Shown here: positions 17,865 through 26,624 of the stretch, piece after piece
Numbering within the stretch: the first letter of the stretch is position 1
Layout of the letters: the number at the start of each line of letters is the position of its first letter
Assembly: GCA_050183625.1 (NCBI GenBank)
Contig: JBFXBD010000042.1
Span: 1-53,746 of the forward strand
DNA: 53,746 bases
Direction of reading: 5' to 3'
DNA from: Gammaproteobacteria bacterium
GTDB taxonomy: Bacteria > Pseudomonadota > Gammaproteobacteria > JADZEE01
Made by a program: the position numbers and the translations under genes
The notes under the pieces: generated by a model
The model's database searches: none
Told to the model about the DNA's origin: nothing
What the model saw: the letters and a program-made list of their open reading frames with translations, nothing else

Positions 17865-18363
17865 CGCCGAGCCGATCGACATCGACGCGTACTTCGAGGC
17901 GGGCCGCCAGGGCGAGGGTTGCTTCCGCCTTTATCGCGTCCGCCACCGCGCGAGCGTGCTGGCGGACGATGGCCGGCGCATGGTGTGCGCCTTCCAGGCA
18001 CCCGATGCCGAGGCGGTGCGATCGGTCGCGCGCACCCTCGGCCGGCCGGCCGCGGTGGCCTGGCCGGCGAGCCAGCATCCCGTGCCGGGGCGCGAACCCC
18101 GGACGGGGGACCGCATCGTGCTGGTCGAGCGCGATCTGCCCGCGGCGCCGCCGTTCGAGGCGTTGCAGTCGATCGAGGACGCGGGCGCGGCGTGCCTTGC
18201 GGCGCGCCGGGTCGAGTTCCTGTGCAGTTGGTTCGCACGCTCGCGCCGGCGCATGCTGTGCATGTACCGGGCCCCGGACGCCGAATCGGTGCGCATCGCG
18301 CAGCGCACGATTGGCATGCCGTTCACGCGTGCCTGGGCGGCGACCTGGCACGCGCAGGATTGA
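17836..18363 (+). CDS. Protein with two tandem DUF4242-like domains. Start uncertain; ATG at 17827 is an alternative.
   Basis: Internal duplication: ...CFRLYRVRHRASVLADDGRRMVCAFQAPDAEAVRSVARTLG and ...EFLCSWFARSRRRMLCMYRAPDAESVRIAQRTIGMP. The start overlaps the regulator's stop by about 29-38 nt, consistent with translational coupling. Confidence 0.55.
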   Translation: MEWIVVERDSAEPIDIDAYFEAGRQGEGCFRLYRVRHRASVLADDGRRMVCAFQAPDAEAVRSVARTLGRPAAVAWPASQHPVPGREPRTGDRIVLVERDLPAAPPFEALQSIEDAGAACLAARRVEFLCSWFARSRRRMLCMYRAPDAESVRIAQRTIGMPFTRAWAATWHAQD

Positions 18364-18492
18364 CGCCTGCGCGGGCGCCCGCCCCCCGTCATTGCGAGGT
18401 CGCGCAGCGGCCGCGGCAATCCATGCGGCCTGGACGGATCCAGCGCTGCATGGGTCGCTTCGCTGCGCTTGCGACGACGATGGGACGGCGGG

Positions 18493-19287
18493 TCAGGTGA
18501 TGTCGCGCCCGCCGTCGACCTTGAGCCAGGTCCCGGTGACGAACGCCGCCGCCGGGCTGGCGAGGTACAGCACGGCGCCGGCGATGTCCTCCGGCAGGCC
18601 GGAGCGGCCGAGAATGGCGTGGCGCTGCGCGCCCGCTATGACCTCTTCCATCGGCACGATGGGCCTGGCCTTGGCGCCGCCTTCGGTCTGCGTGTCGCCG
18701 GGCATGATGGCATTCACGGTGATGCGGTCGCGCGCCAGTTCCAGTGCCGAATGGATGGTCAGGCCGACGACGCCGGCCTTGGCCGCGCCGTAGTGGATGA
18801 GGCCGGCGAAGGCGGGGTGTTCGGCGTCGAGCGAGGAAATATTGATGATGCGGCCGCCGTCGCCGGCCTTGCGCATCAGCGCGGCAGCCTCGCGCAGGCA
18901 CATGAACACGCCGCGCAGGTCCACGCCGTGTACGCGGTCCCAGGATTGCATCGTGATGTCGGCCAGCGCCTCCATCGGGAAGATCGCGGCGCAGTTCACC
19001 AGGATCCAGGGCGAGCCGAACTTCTCGACCGTGGTGGTGAACAGGCGCTTGACCTGCGCCTCGTCGGACACGTCCACGTGGACCGCCAGCGCCCGGTGGC
19101 CGGCGGCGGTGAGTTCGGCGGCAACGTCGTTCGCACCCTGCGCGTTCCAGTCGGCGACCACCACCGCCGCGCCGGCACGGGCCAGGAAGCGTGCGATGCG
19201 CCAGCCGATGCCGGAGCCTGCGCCGGTGACGATCGCGGTGCGGCCTTCCAGGCTGAACAGCGATTGGATGAATTGAGCGTCGTACAT
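18493..19287 (-). CDS. SDR-family short-chain dehydrogenase/reductase
   Basis: TGAGSGIG cofactor motif, NCAA and YGAAKAG active-site motifs. Confidence 0.85.
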   Translation of the reverse strand: MYDAQFIQSLFSLEGRTAIVTGAGSGIGWRIARFLARAGAAVVVADWNAQGANDVAAELTAAGHRALAVHVDVSDEAQVKRLFTTTVEKFGSPWILVNCAAIFPMEALADITMQSWDRVHGVDLRGVFMCLREAAALMRKAGDGGRIINISSLDAEHPAFAGLIHYGAAKAGVVGLTIHSALELARDRITVNAIMPGDTQTEGGAKARPIVPMEEVIAGAQRHAILGRSGLPEDIAGAVLYLASPAAAFVTGTWLKVDGGRDIT

Positions 19288-19380
19288 GGCCGATCCTCGT
19301 TTGGTTGATCCGATGACGTTCCGCGGCCGAGCGACGAAGATCGCATCGCGGCAGCGTTGGCGCGGCCGCCGTGGACGCGG

Positions 19381-20358
19381 TCAGGGGTCGATGAACGCGG
19401 CGAGCGCGTTCACGTCCGCCAGCGCGCGCAGCGAATCGTTCAGGTGCGTGCAGGTGGCCGTGCCGCGCAGGCCGGTACGCACCGCCTCGCGCAGGTCTGC
19501 GATTGGCGTTCCCACGATCCGGCCCGCGCTCGGCGCGGCCGCGGGGCAGTCGCCGAGCGGCAGCGACCCGTGGCGCGCGGCCGAATGCGTCACCCGGCCA
19601 TCGGCGTCCACCTCGGTGTCGATCGCATACTCGTGCACCAGGGTCTCGCGGCCATCGGCGTCGACGAACACGTCGCGCAGCACGCTGTGGGCGGCGAGGC
19701 CGGCACCGTTCGCCCAGACGTCGATGCGGCGCCGCCGGCGCATGGAGAACGCTGGCAGCGGCGCCTGTGCGTGCCAGGCGAGCGGATCGGTGCCGTCGTC
19801 CATGGGCTCGCCGACAGGACCCTCCACCCGCAGCCGCCGCCCGCTTTGCACCAGCCCGAGGTGCGCCTTGCCGCCGCGGATCCAGCCGGCGCAGACGTCC
19901 AGTTGCGGAAGGTAGGCGCCGGGCTTGTCGGCCCTGGGTTCCAGGCCGCGCTGCATGTAGGCCGTGATCATCGTGGCGACCGGGACGTCGTCCAGGAGCT
20001 GGTACGACAGGCTGCCCGGTGCGATCCGCGGCAGTTTCGCCAGCGCGCCGCGGAAGCCGATGAAGGCCTGGACTCCGATCAATGCCGGCTGATCGCGCTC
20101 CTCGACGCACGCGCGGGTGATGCCCGCGCCGCCGCGGCCGACCTCGATATCGAAACCGCTCGTGGCGATGACCTCGGCGTCGCCGTCGCGGCCGGTGCGC
20201 AGATCGCGCGCGCGACCGTGCAGGACGATCCGGCCGTCCATGCCCTCGGGCCGTGCCATGTCGATGCTCAGCGTGCGGCGCACGGAGCCTGGGCGGCGCG
20301 GCGGCGTGAGTCGATCGGTCGGCAGCGGCGTACCGACGTTTTCCGGGGCGGATTGCAT
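19381..20358 (-). CDS. DUF2889-like hypothetical protein
   Basis: Well-coding ORF. Start taken at MQSAPENV (ATG 20356-20358); 20400 is an alternative. Confidence 0.5.
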   Translation of the reverse strand: MQSAPENVGTPLPTDRLTPPRRPGSVRRTLSIDMARPEGMDGRIVLHGRARDLRTGRDGDAEVIATSGFDIEVGRGGAGITRACVEERDQPALIGVQAFIGFRGALAKLPRIAPGSLSYQLLDDVPVATMITAYMQRGLEPRADKPGAYLPQLDVCAGWIRGGKAHLGLVQSGRRLRVEGPVGEPMDDGTDPLAWHAQAPLPAFSMRRRRRIDVWANGAGLAAHSVLRDVFVDADGRETLVHEYAIDTEVDADGRVTHSAARHGSLPLGDCPAAAPSAGRIVGTPIADLREAVRTGLRGTATCTHLNDSLRALADVNALAAFIDP

Positions 20359-20360
20359 GT

Positions 20361-21659
20361 GTGGGGCCGGCGGCTCGGGAACGGTCGAAAGATAGCACAC
20401 CCCGGCCGCGGGAACGGGCGTCCGTATTGACGATCCGGTACCGTTCCAACACCATCGACACCCACCGGGACTTCAGCGTGGACTCGACACAGGAAGCCAT
20501 TTCCTCCGCGGCGGCGTGGCGCGATCTGATCGCCGCCACCCACGCGAGCGGCCGCCAGGCGGTGGTCGCGATCACCGGCGGCGGCAGCGGCGCAATCGCC
20601 GAACTGCTGCGCGTGCCCGGCGGTTCCAGGCTCCTGATCGAGGCGCAGGTACCCTACGACGCGCGTGCACTGGCTACCTTTCTCGGCTACGCGCCGGAGC
20701 AGGCCTGCAATGCGGATACCGCCGTTGCGATGGCGCGCCGCGCGCTGCGCCGGGCCGGCGAACTGGCCCCGGCCGGTGCGCGGCCGGTCGGGATCGGCGC
20801 GACCGCGGCGCTCGTGTCCGACCGCCCCCGGCGCGGCGAACACCGCTGTTTCATCGCGACGGCGACCGGCGCCGGCGTCGATGCCGTCGGCATCGTCCTG
20901 GCGAAGGGGCGGCGCGATCGCGCCGCCGAGGAGGATGTGGTCGCGCGTGCCATCGTCCTCATGCTCGCACGCGCCTGCGGGGTGGCCGCGCCGCCGCCGG
21001 CGCACCTGCTGGCGCCGGACGACACCTGCGCCGACGTTCCCGCCGGCGGCGAGGATCTGATCGAACGCATCGTCGCCGGCAGCGCGGAGCGCATCACGGT
21101 CTGGCCGGACGGCCAGATCGCAGGGGCCGGATCGCCGCCGGCGCTCGTGCTGCCGGGATCCTTCAATCCGCTGCACGACGGCCACGTCCGGCTGGCGGAC
21201 GTCGCGCAGGACATCGCCGGCGCGGCGGCGAGCTTCGAACTGTCGGTCGTCAACGTCGATAAGCCGCCGCTCACTGCGCCGGCGGTTCGCGAGCGCGCCG
21301 CGCAGTTTGCCTGGCGGGCGCCGCTGGAACTCACGCGCGTGCCGACCTTCGTCGAAAAATCCCGGCTCTTTCCCGAAGCGACCTTCGTCATCGGCGCGGA
21401 CACGGCGCACCGCCTGGTCGCTTCCACATACTACGGCGGCGACGAGGCACGCATGCTGGCGGCACTGGCGGAGATTGCCGATCGCGGCGGCCGCTTCCTC
21501 GTCGCCGTGCGCCTGGAAGCCTCGGGCGCGGTGCATTCGCTTGCCGACGTGCGCGTTCCGCAGCGCTTCGCGCACCTGTTCCGGCCCATCCCGGAGCGCC
21601 AGTTCCGGCTCGATCTGTCCTCCACCGAGATGCGCACCCGGCGCGCGCAGCCGCGGTGA
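20361..21659 (+). CDS. Fusion protein: CinA/PncC-like (NMN deamidase) N-terminal domain plus NadD-like nucleotidyltransferase C-terminal domain. True start is probably downstream of 20361.
   Basis: N-terminal VVAITGGGSGAIAELLRVPGGS...VGIGATAALVSDRP resembles the CinA C-terminal/PncC fold. C-terminal LVLPGSFNPLHDGH (the (H/T)xGH nucleotidyltransferase motif) and ...LDLSSTEMR (NadD ISSTxIR-like). The ORF's first codon sits 2 bp from the divergent DUF2889 start, so the real start is likely an internal GTG/TTG such as 20478. Confidence 0.6.
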   Translation: MGPAARERSKDSTPRPRERASVLTIRYRSNTIDTHRDFSVDSTQEAISSAAAWRDLIAATHASGRQAVVAITGGGSGAIAELLRVPGGSRLLIEAQVPYDARALATFLGYAPEQACNADTAVAMARRALRRAGELAPAGARPVGIGATAALVSDRPRRGEHRCFIATATGAGVDAVGIVLAKGRRDRAAEEDVVARAIVLMLARACGVAAPPPAHLLAPDDTCADVPAGGEDLIERIVAGSAERITVWPDGQIAGAGSPPALVLPGSFNPLHDGHVRLADVAQDIAGAAASFELSVVNVDKPPLTAPAVRERAAQFAWRAPLELTRVPTFVEKSRLFPEATFVIGADTAHRLVASTYYGGDEARMLAALAEIADRGGRFLVAVRLEASGAVHSLADVRVPQRFAHLFRPIPERQFRLDLSSTEMRTRRAQPR

Positions 21660-21808
21660 AGGCCCGCGTCGCGCGGCGAATGCGCGGCGCAAAAAGTACA
21701 TGCGCGCGCCATCTTGCATTCGCCGGTGCCGGAACTACCATGCGGGACTCGCCCTTTTCTTCATGCGCGTACCGGCGCGGCACGCGCCCTGACGCCCGGA
21801 GAGTCGAC

Positions 21809-22954
21809 ATGGACTTTGCCTGGACCGACAAGCACAAGGCGTATCGCAGGGAAATCACCGCCGTCCTGGAGCAGGCGCTGCCGCCCGACTGGTGGGAGAC
21901 CTACGCCTGGGATGGCCCGTCCTCCAAGCCGCTGATGCAATTCGCGCGCGGGTTCGCGCGCAGGCTGGCCGAGAAGGATCTGGTCGTGCGCCACTGGCCG
22001 CGCGCCTACGGCGGCCAGGACACCGAGCCCTGGGAGCACATCATCCTCTCGGAGGAGATGTGGTCCACCGGCGAGCCGCGCAGCTCGCTGTACCTGGGAT
22101 CGAACTGGGCCGGGCCGGCGATCATGCAGTTCGGCACCGAGGCGCAGAAGCGCAAGTACCTGCCGGCAATCGCCTCCGGCGAAATGTTCTTCTGCCAGGG
22201 GTTCTCCGAGCCTTCGGCGGGATCGGATCTCGCCGCGATGCGTACCAGCGCCGAGCGCACCAACGACGGCTACGTGATCAACGGCTCGAAGGTCTGGACC
22301 TCGTACGCGCACTCGGCCGACATGTGCTTCCTGCTGGCACGGGTCGGCGGGGATCGCAGGAGCGGGGTGTCCTGCTTCCTCATGCCGATGGACACCCCGG
22401 GGATCCGCCTGCGCACGATCCGCGGCATGGAGGAGGACGATACGCACGAGCTGTTCCTCACCGACGTGCACCTGCCGGACGACGCCCGCCTGGGCGAGGA
22501 GGGGCGCGGCTGGGAGATCGTCACCGCGGCGCTGCACTACGAGCGGGTCGGCGCGGCGCGCTACGAGTTCGCCCGCCGGGCGCTCGATCACGCGGTCGCG
22601 GTGCTCAGGCAGCGCGGCCAGTTCGAGGATCCCATCGTGCAGGCCAAGGCCGCCTCGGCGCTGGCACTGTGCGAGGCCGCGCGCCTCATCACCTACGAGG
22701 TGATCGACCGGCGCGTGAAGAACCAGCCGCCGACCGCCGTCACCAGCGCGGCGCGCTACGCGATGGGCATGTCGGACCAGGCAGTGGCGAACTTCATCGC
22801 CACCTACCTGCCGGATTCCCTCACCGAGACCGGGGACGCCATGCTGATGGCGCACTACAAGGTCGGCACGGTGTCGACGATCGTCGCCGGAGCCGCCGAG
22901 GTGCAGTTGAACCTCATCGCCAGGGGGCAGCTGCAGTTGCCCAAGGGGGGCTGA
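21809..22954 (+). CDS. Acyl-CoA dehydrogenase family protein (subunit 1 of the first putative heteromeric pair)
   Basis: MDFAWTDKHKAY...CQGFSEPSAGSDLAAMRTSAER...GSKVWTS (ACAD N, M and C domains). GGAGAG RBS. The upstream part of the ORF is junk. Confidence 0.85.
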   Translation: MDFAWTDKHKAYRREITAVLEQALPPDWWETYAWDGPSSKPLMQFARGFARRLAEKDLVVRHWPRAYGGQDTEPWEHIILSEEMWSTGEPRSSLYLGSNWAGPAIMQFGTEAQKRKYLPAIASGEMFFCQGFSEPSAGSDLAAMRTSAERTNDGYVINGSKVWTSYAHSADMCFLLARVGGDRRSGVSCFLMPMDTPGIRLRTIRGMEEDDTHELFLTDVHLPDDARLGEEGRGWEIVTAALHYERVGAARYEFARRALDHAVAVLRQRGQFEDPIVQAKAASALALCEAARLITYEVIDRRVKNQPPTAVTSAARYAMGMSDQAVANFIATYLPDSLTETGDAMLMAHYKVGTVSTIVAGAAEVQLNLIARGQLQLPKGG

Positions 22955-23886
22955 TGGACTTCGAACTCACGCCGGACCAGCGCCAGCTGGTGGATTCGAT
23001 CGCGCACCTGGTGGACCGGCACCGCGAGCTGCCGCGCTTCGGCGCCACGGTGAACCCGTCGTTCAATCACTATGACACGAAGCTTGAGCGGGACCTGGTC
23101 GACGGCGACTATTTCTCCATCGCCCGCGCCGAGGGCTGCGGGCCTTTGGAGGCGGCGCTGCTGGTGCTGGAAGTCGCACGCAGCCCGGGCGTGGTCGAGA
23201 CCGCGGTCTCGGCGCTGGTCGCGCCGCAGCTTCTGGCCGAGGATCTGCCGCGGCCGATTGCAGTCGCACGCGCCGCCGATCTGCAACGTCCCATCCGCTT
23301 TCTCGGCCAGGCGCGCACGTTGCTGATCGTTGACGGCGCCGACGTGGCGGTGCTGCCGGTAGACCCGGCCGCGGTCGCCGATTCGGACGCCATGTACGCC
23401 TATCCCTTCGCCCATTTCCTCCAGCCGCCGGACCGCTCCCGCGCGCGCCGCCTGCCGGGCGCGGGTGCGAAGCTCGAATGCCTGTGGCGCGTCGCCCTGG
23501 CCGCCGAAGCCGCGGGCGCAATCCAGCACGGGCTGGATTTCACCGTGGACTACGTCAAGCAGCGGCGCATGTTCGGCACCGTGCTCGGCGCCTACCAGGC
23601 GGTGCAGCACCGGCTGGCCATCATTTCCCACCAGGCGCAGTGCCTGCGCTGGCTGGCGCTCAAGGCCGCCTGGAGCGGCGCCGAAGCCGATGCCGCGATC
23701 GCCGCGCTGTATGCCCAGGAGGCAATGCCGACCGTCATCTACGATCTGCACCAGTTCAACGGCGGCCTGGGCTGGACCCTCGAGCACGGGCTGCATTTCT
23801 GGACCTACCGCCTGCGCGCGCTGCAGGGCGAGATCGGCGGCCCGCCGGCGCAGGCGCGCGCCACGGTGGCCGCAGTGTGGGGCTGA
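22954..23886 (+). CDS. Acyl-CoA dehydrogenase-like protein, shorter (310 aa); putative partner subunit
   Basis: ATG overlaps the upstream TGA (ATGA). ACAD C-terminal helices (YQAVQHRLAIISHQAQCLRW...). Confidence 0.75.
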   Translation: MDFELTPDQRQLVDSIAHLVDRHRELPRFGATVNPSFNHYDTKLERDLVDGDYFSIARAEGCGPLEAALLVLEVARSPGVVETAVSALVAPQLLAEDLPRPIAVARAADLQRPIRFLGQARTLLIVDGADVAVLPVDPAAVADSDAMYAYPFAHFLQPPDRSRARRLPGAGAKLECLWRVALAAEAAGAIQHGLDFTVDYVKQRRMFGTVLGAYQAVQHRLAIISHQAQCLRWLALKAAWSGAEADAAIAALYAQEAMPTVIYDLHQFNGGLGWTLEHGLHFWTYRLRALQGEIGGPPAQARATVAAVWG

Positions 23887-25004
23887 TGGCCGCCGACGAG
23901 GATCTGGACGCATTGGCCGCCGGCATCGCCGAGGTGCTGGCGGCCGAGTGCAGCAGCGAGCGGCTGCACGCCTTCATCGACGGGCGGGTCGACCTGGATC
24001 GCACGCTGTGGCGCCAGGCCGCGGAACTGGGCTGGCTCGGCATCGGCCTGCCGGGTGAATGTGGCGGCCTGGATCTGGGCGACGCCGGCCTGGCCGTGCT
24101 GCATCGGGAACTCGGCCGGCGCGTCGCGCCCGGCCCGTTCATCTGCACCCTGGCTGCCGTCCAGGCGCTCGCCGCGCTGGAGGATTTTCCGCTGCGCCGG
24201 GCGCTGTTCGAGCGCGTGATCGCCGGGCAGGCTTCGATTGCCATTCCGGCAACGGTGATGGACAGCGGTGCGCCCGCGCTTCGCATCGAAGCGGGCCGGC
24301 TGCAGGGGCGCCTCGAGCCGCTGCTCGGCGCGGTAGACGCGGCATTCGCGCTCGTACCGGCACGCGCAGGTGCGGACGAAACCTGGGTCCTGCTGGAGAT
24401 TGACGGCATCGCGGCGCGGATCGCCGCGCGCGCTGCGTGGGATCCGACCCGCACGCTCGTCGCGCTGGACTGCGACGGCGCCGTGCCCGCGCAGGTCGTG
24501 GCGGCGGGTGATGCCGCGACCCTGCGCCGCGACCTCGCCCGGCAGCAGGCGATTGCGGTGGTGTTCGACTGCATCGGCGCGGCCGGCGCGGTGTTCGACC
24601 TGACCATCGAGTACATGAAGACGCGGGTGCAGTTCGACCGCCCGATCGCCTCGTTCCAGGCGCTCAAGCATCGCGTGGCGAACCTGCGTGTGCGCCTGGA
24701 GAGCTCCGGGCAGATCGCAACGCAGGCGCTCGACGCCATGGTCGCGAACGGGGCTGATGCAGACCTCTGGGCCGCGCTCGCCAAGGCCGAGGCCGGCGAT
24801 CATTACTCGTTCATCGCCGGCGAATGCGTCCAGTTGCACGGCGGCGTGGGTTTCACCTGGGCCCTGGATTGCCATCTCTACCAGAAGCGCGCCAAGCTCA
24901 ACCAGGCGTTGGTTGCCACCAGCGCGCGCTGTCGCGATCTCGGCGCGCACGGGCTGATCGAGGCGATGCGCGCGGGCCGGAGTACGTCGGAGCTGCCGCT
25001 GTGA
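23886..25004 (+). CDS. Acyl-CoA dehydrogenase family protein
   Basis: ATG overlaps the upstream TGA. ...ELGWLGIGLPGECGGLDLG... and FQALKHRVANLRVRLESS. Confidence 0.8.
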   Translation: MAADEDLDALAAGIAEVLAAECSSERLHAFIDGRVDLDRTLWRQAAELGWLGIGLPGECGGLDLGDAGLAVLHRELGRRVAPGPFICTLAAVQALAALEDFPLRRALFERVIAGQASIAIPATVMDSGAPALRIEAGRLQGRLEPLLGAVDAAFALVPARAGADETWVLLEIDGIAARIAARAAWDPTRTLVALDCDGAVPAQVVAAGDAATLRRDLARQQAIAVVFDCIGAAGAVFDLTIEYMKTRVQFDRPIASFQALKHRVANLRVRLESSGQIATQALDAMVANGADADLWAALAKAEAGDHYSFIAGECVQLHGGVGFTWALDCHLYQKRAKLNQALVATSARCRDLGAHGLIEAMRAGRSTSELPL

Positions 25005-26182
25005 GCGATATCCTCGAACTGCGTGACGACCTGCCGGCCTTCCGGGCGGCGCTGCGGGCCTGGCTTACGGCGAATGCACCGCCGGCGGCGGAGTTCGAGC
25101 GCATCGTGCGCGCCGATCCGACCGACTACGAGGCCTTCCAGCGGCGCTGGATGAGCGCACTCGCCGGCATCGGGATGGCGACCCCGCACTGGCCGGTGGA
25201 GTACGGCGGCGCGGGCCTGTCCCTGCGCCACCAGATGGTCGTGGTCGACGAGATGGCGCGCATCGGTGCGCGTTCGCCGGCCTCGTCGATCTTCATGATC
25301 GCGCTGCACCACGTGCCGGGGACGCTGTTCGCCTGGGGAACGCCGGAGCAGAAGGCACGCTACCTGCCCGGCATCAGTCGCGGCGAGGACGTCTGGTGCC
25401 AGGGATTTTCGGAGCCCGGCGCGGGATCGGACCTGGCTTCACTGCGCACGCGCGCCGAGCGCGACGGCGATCACTACGTCGTCAACGGCCAGAAGGTCTG
25501 GTCCTCGCACTCGCGCTACGCGCGCTACTGCATCCTGCTGGCGCGCACCGATCCGAAGGTGAAGAAGCACGCGGGCATCAGCTACTTCCTGCTCGACATG
25601 CGCTTGCCGGGCGTGGAAGTGCGGCCGTTGAAGCAGGCCACGGGGCGCTCGGAATTCTCCGAGATATTCCTCACCGACGTGCGCATCCCGGTGCAGGAGC
25701 GGGTTGGAGAGGAGGGCCAGGGCTGGCAGGTCGCGCAGTCGACGCTGGCCGCCGAGCGCGGGGTGCTGTTCTACGAGAACGCCGAGCACCTGCGCTACCG
25801 GCTCGAGGCGGTGATGCGCGACGCGCTGGCCAGCGATGCCGCCTGGCTGCGCGACGATCAGTTGCGGCGCGAATTCATGGCGTTGTTCGCAGAGCAGCAG
25901 GCACTGCGGCGCCTGGGCCACCGCATGCTGCTCGCGGACGAGGCGACCTCGGGCAAGCACGACATCACCCCGGCGCTGGTGAAAATCACGATGACCGAAC
26001 TGGAGCAGCGCGCCGCGGACCTGTTCGTGCGCGCCGGAGGCATCGACAAGCAATACCTGGAGCCGGACGGTACCAATCCACTGTTCGACTACATCGATTC
26101 CTTCGGCGGTACGATTGCCGCCGGTTCGAATGAGATCATGCGCAATATCATCGCCGAGCGCGGGCTGGGCATGCCGCGCTGA
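25001..26182 (+). CDS. Acyl-CoA dehydrogenase family protein; GTG start overlapping the upstream stop
   Basis: CQGFSEPGAGSDLASLRTRAERDGDHYVVNGQKVWSS. The GTGA overlap continues the coupling pattern of the three upstream genes. Confidence 0.8.
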   Translation: MSDILELRDDLPAFRAALRAWLTANAPPAAEFERIVRADPTDYEAFQRRWMSALAGIGMATPHWPVEYGGAGLSLRHQMVVVDEMARIGARSPASSIFMIALHHVPGTLFAWGTPEQKARYLPGISRGEDVWCQGFSEPGAGSDLASLRTRAERDGDHYVVNGQKVWSSHSRYARYCILLARTDPKVKKHAGISYFLLDMRLPGVEVRPLKQATGRSEFSEIFLTDVRIPVQERVGEEGQGWQVAQSTLAAERGVLFYENAEHLRYRLEAVMRDALASDAAWLRDDQLRREFMALFAEQQALRRLGHRMLLADEATSGKHDITPALVKITMTELEQRAADLFVRAGGIDKQYLEPDGTNPLFDYIDSFGGTIAAGSNEIMRNIIAERGLGMPR

Positions 26183-26251
26183 ACCCGGCCGCGGCGCCTC
26201 GATCACCGGCCGGAGGCGGTCCGTGCGCGGAACGCCTCCGACCGGCCCGGA

Positions 26252-26464
26252 TCACTTCTTCTTCTTTTCGAGCTCCTTGACGCTCTTCTCGAGGTCCTTG
26301 ATCGCCTTCTTGAGGTCGCCGATCTCCCCGCTCAGGCGCTTGGATTCGCTGGTTGCGTACTCGTCCAGGATGTCCTGCAGGCGCTTGTTCTCCTTGACCG
26401 TATCGTTCAGCTTGCTGATGCGCTCGCTGACCTTCTGAAGATCCTCGAGTGTGACGTCGCTCAT
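26252..26464 (-). CDS. Small Lys/Glu-rich coiled-coil protein (70 aa), hypothetical
   Basis: MSDVTLEDLQKVSERISKLNDTVKENKRLQDILDEYATSESKRLSGEIGDLKKAIKDLEKSVKELEKKKK. GC3-rich codons despite locally lower GC. Confidence 0.55.
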   Translation of the reverse strand: MSDVTLEDLQKVSERISKLNDTVKENKRLQDILDEYATSESKRLSGEIGDLKKAIKDLEKSVKELEKKKK

Positions 26465-26624
26465 GTGGATGCGCTCCCGTGGCCGTTGTAGAGATACCCG
26501 ATTGACTCGATCCCCGCGCCGCGTCCGAATGGGCGCGGCGCCCGGACTATGGGCCGCCGCCTCCCGCGGGCGCAACGCCCGCGCCGGACGATTTGCGATG
26601 CGGGTCACGCATGGTGCGCTGCGC

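Noticed and set aside
16606-20575. Long minus-strand ORFs (16606..18351, 581 aa; 18389..20575, 728 aa) antisense to the SARP regulator, DUF4242, SDR and DUF2889 genes
   Set aside because: Arg/Pro/Ala-dominated, no domains; antisense artefacts in 70% GC DNA.
26250-26470. The low-GC pocket as a horizontally acquired islet
   Set aside because: The ORF inside retains GC3-rich codon usage (aag, gag, ctc, gac). The GC dip is explained by Lys/Glu-rich composition, not foreign origin.
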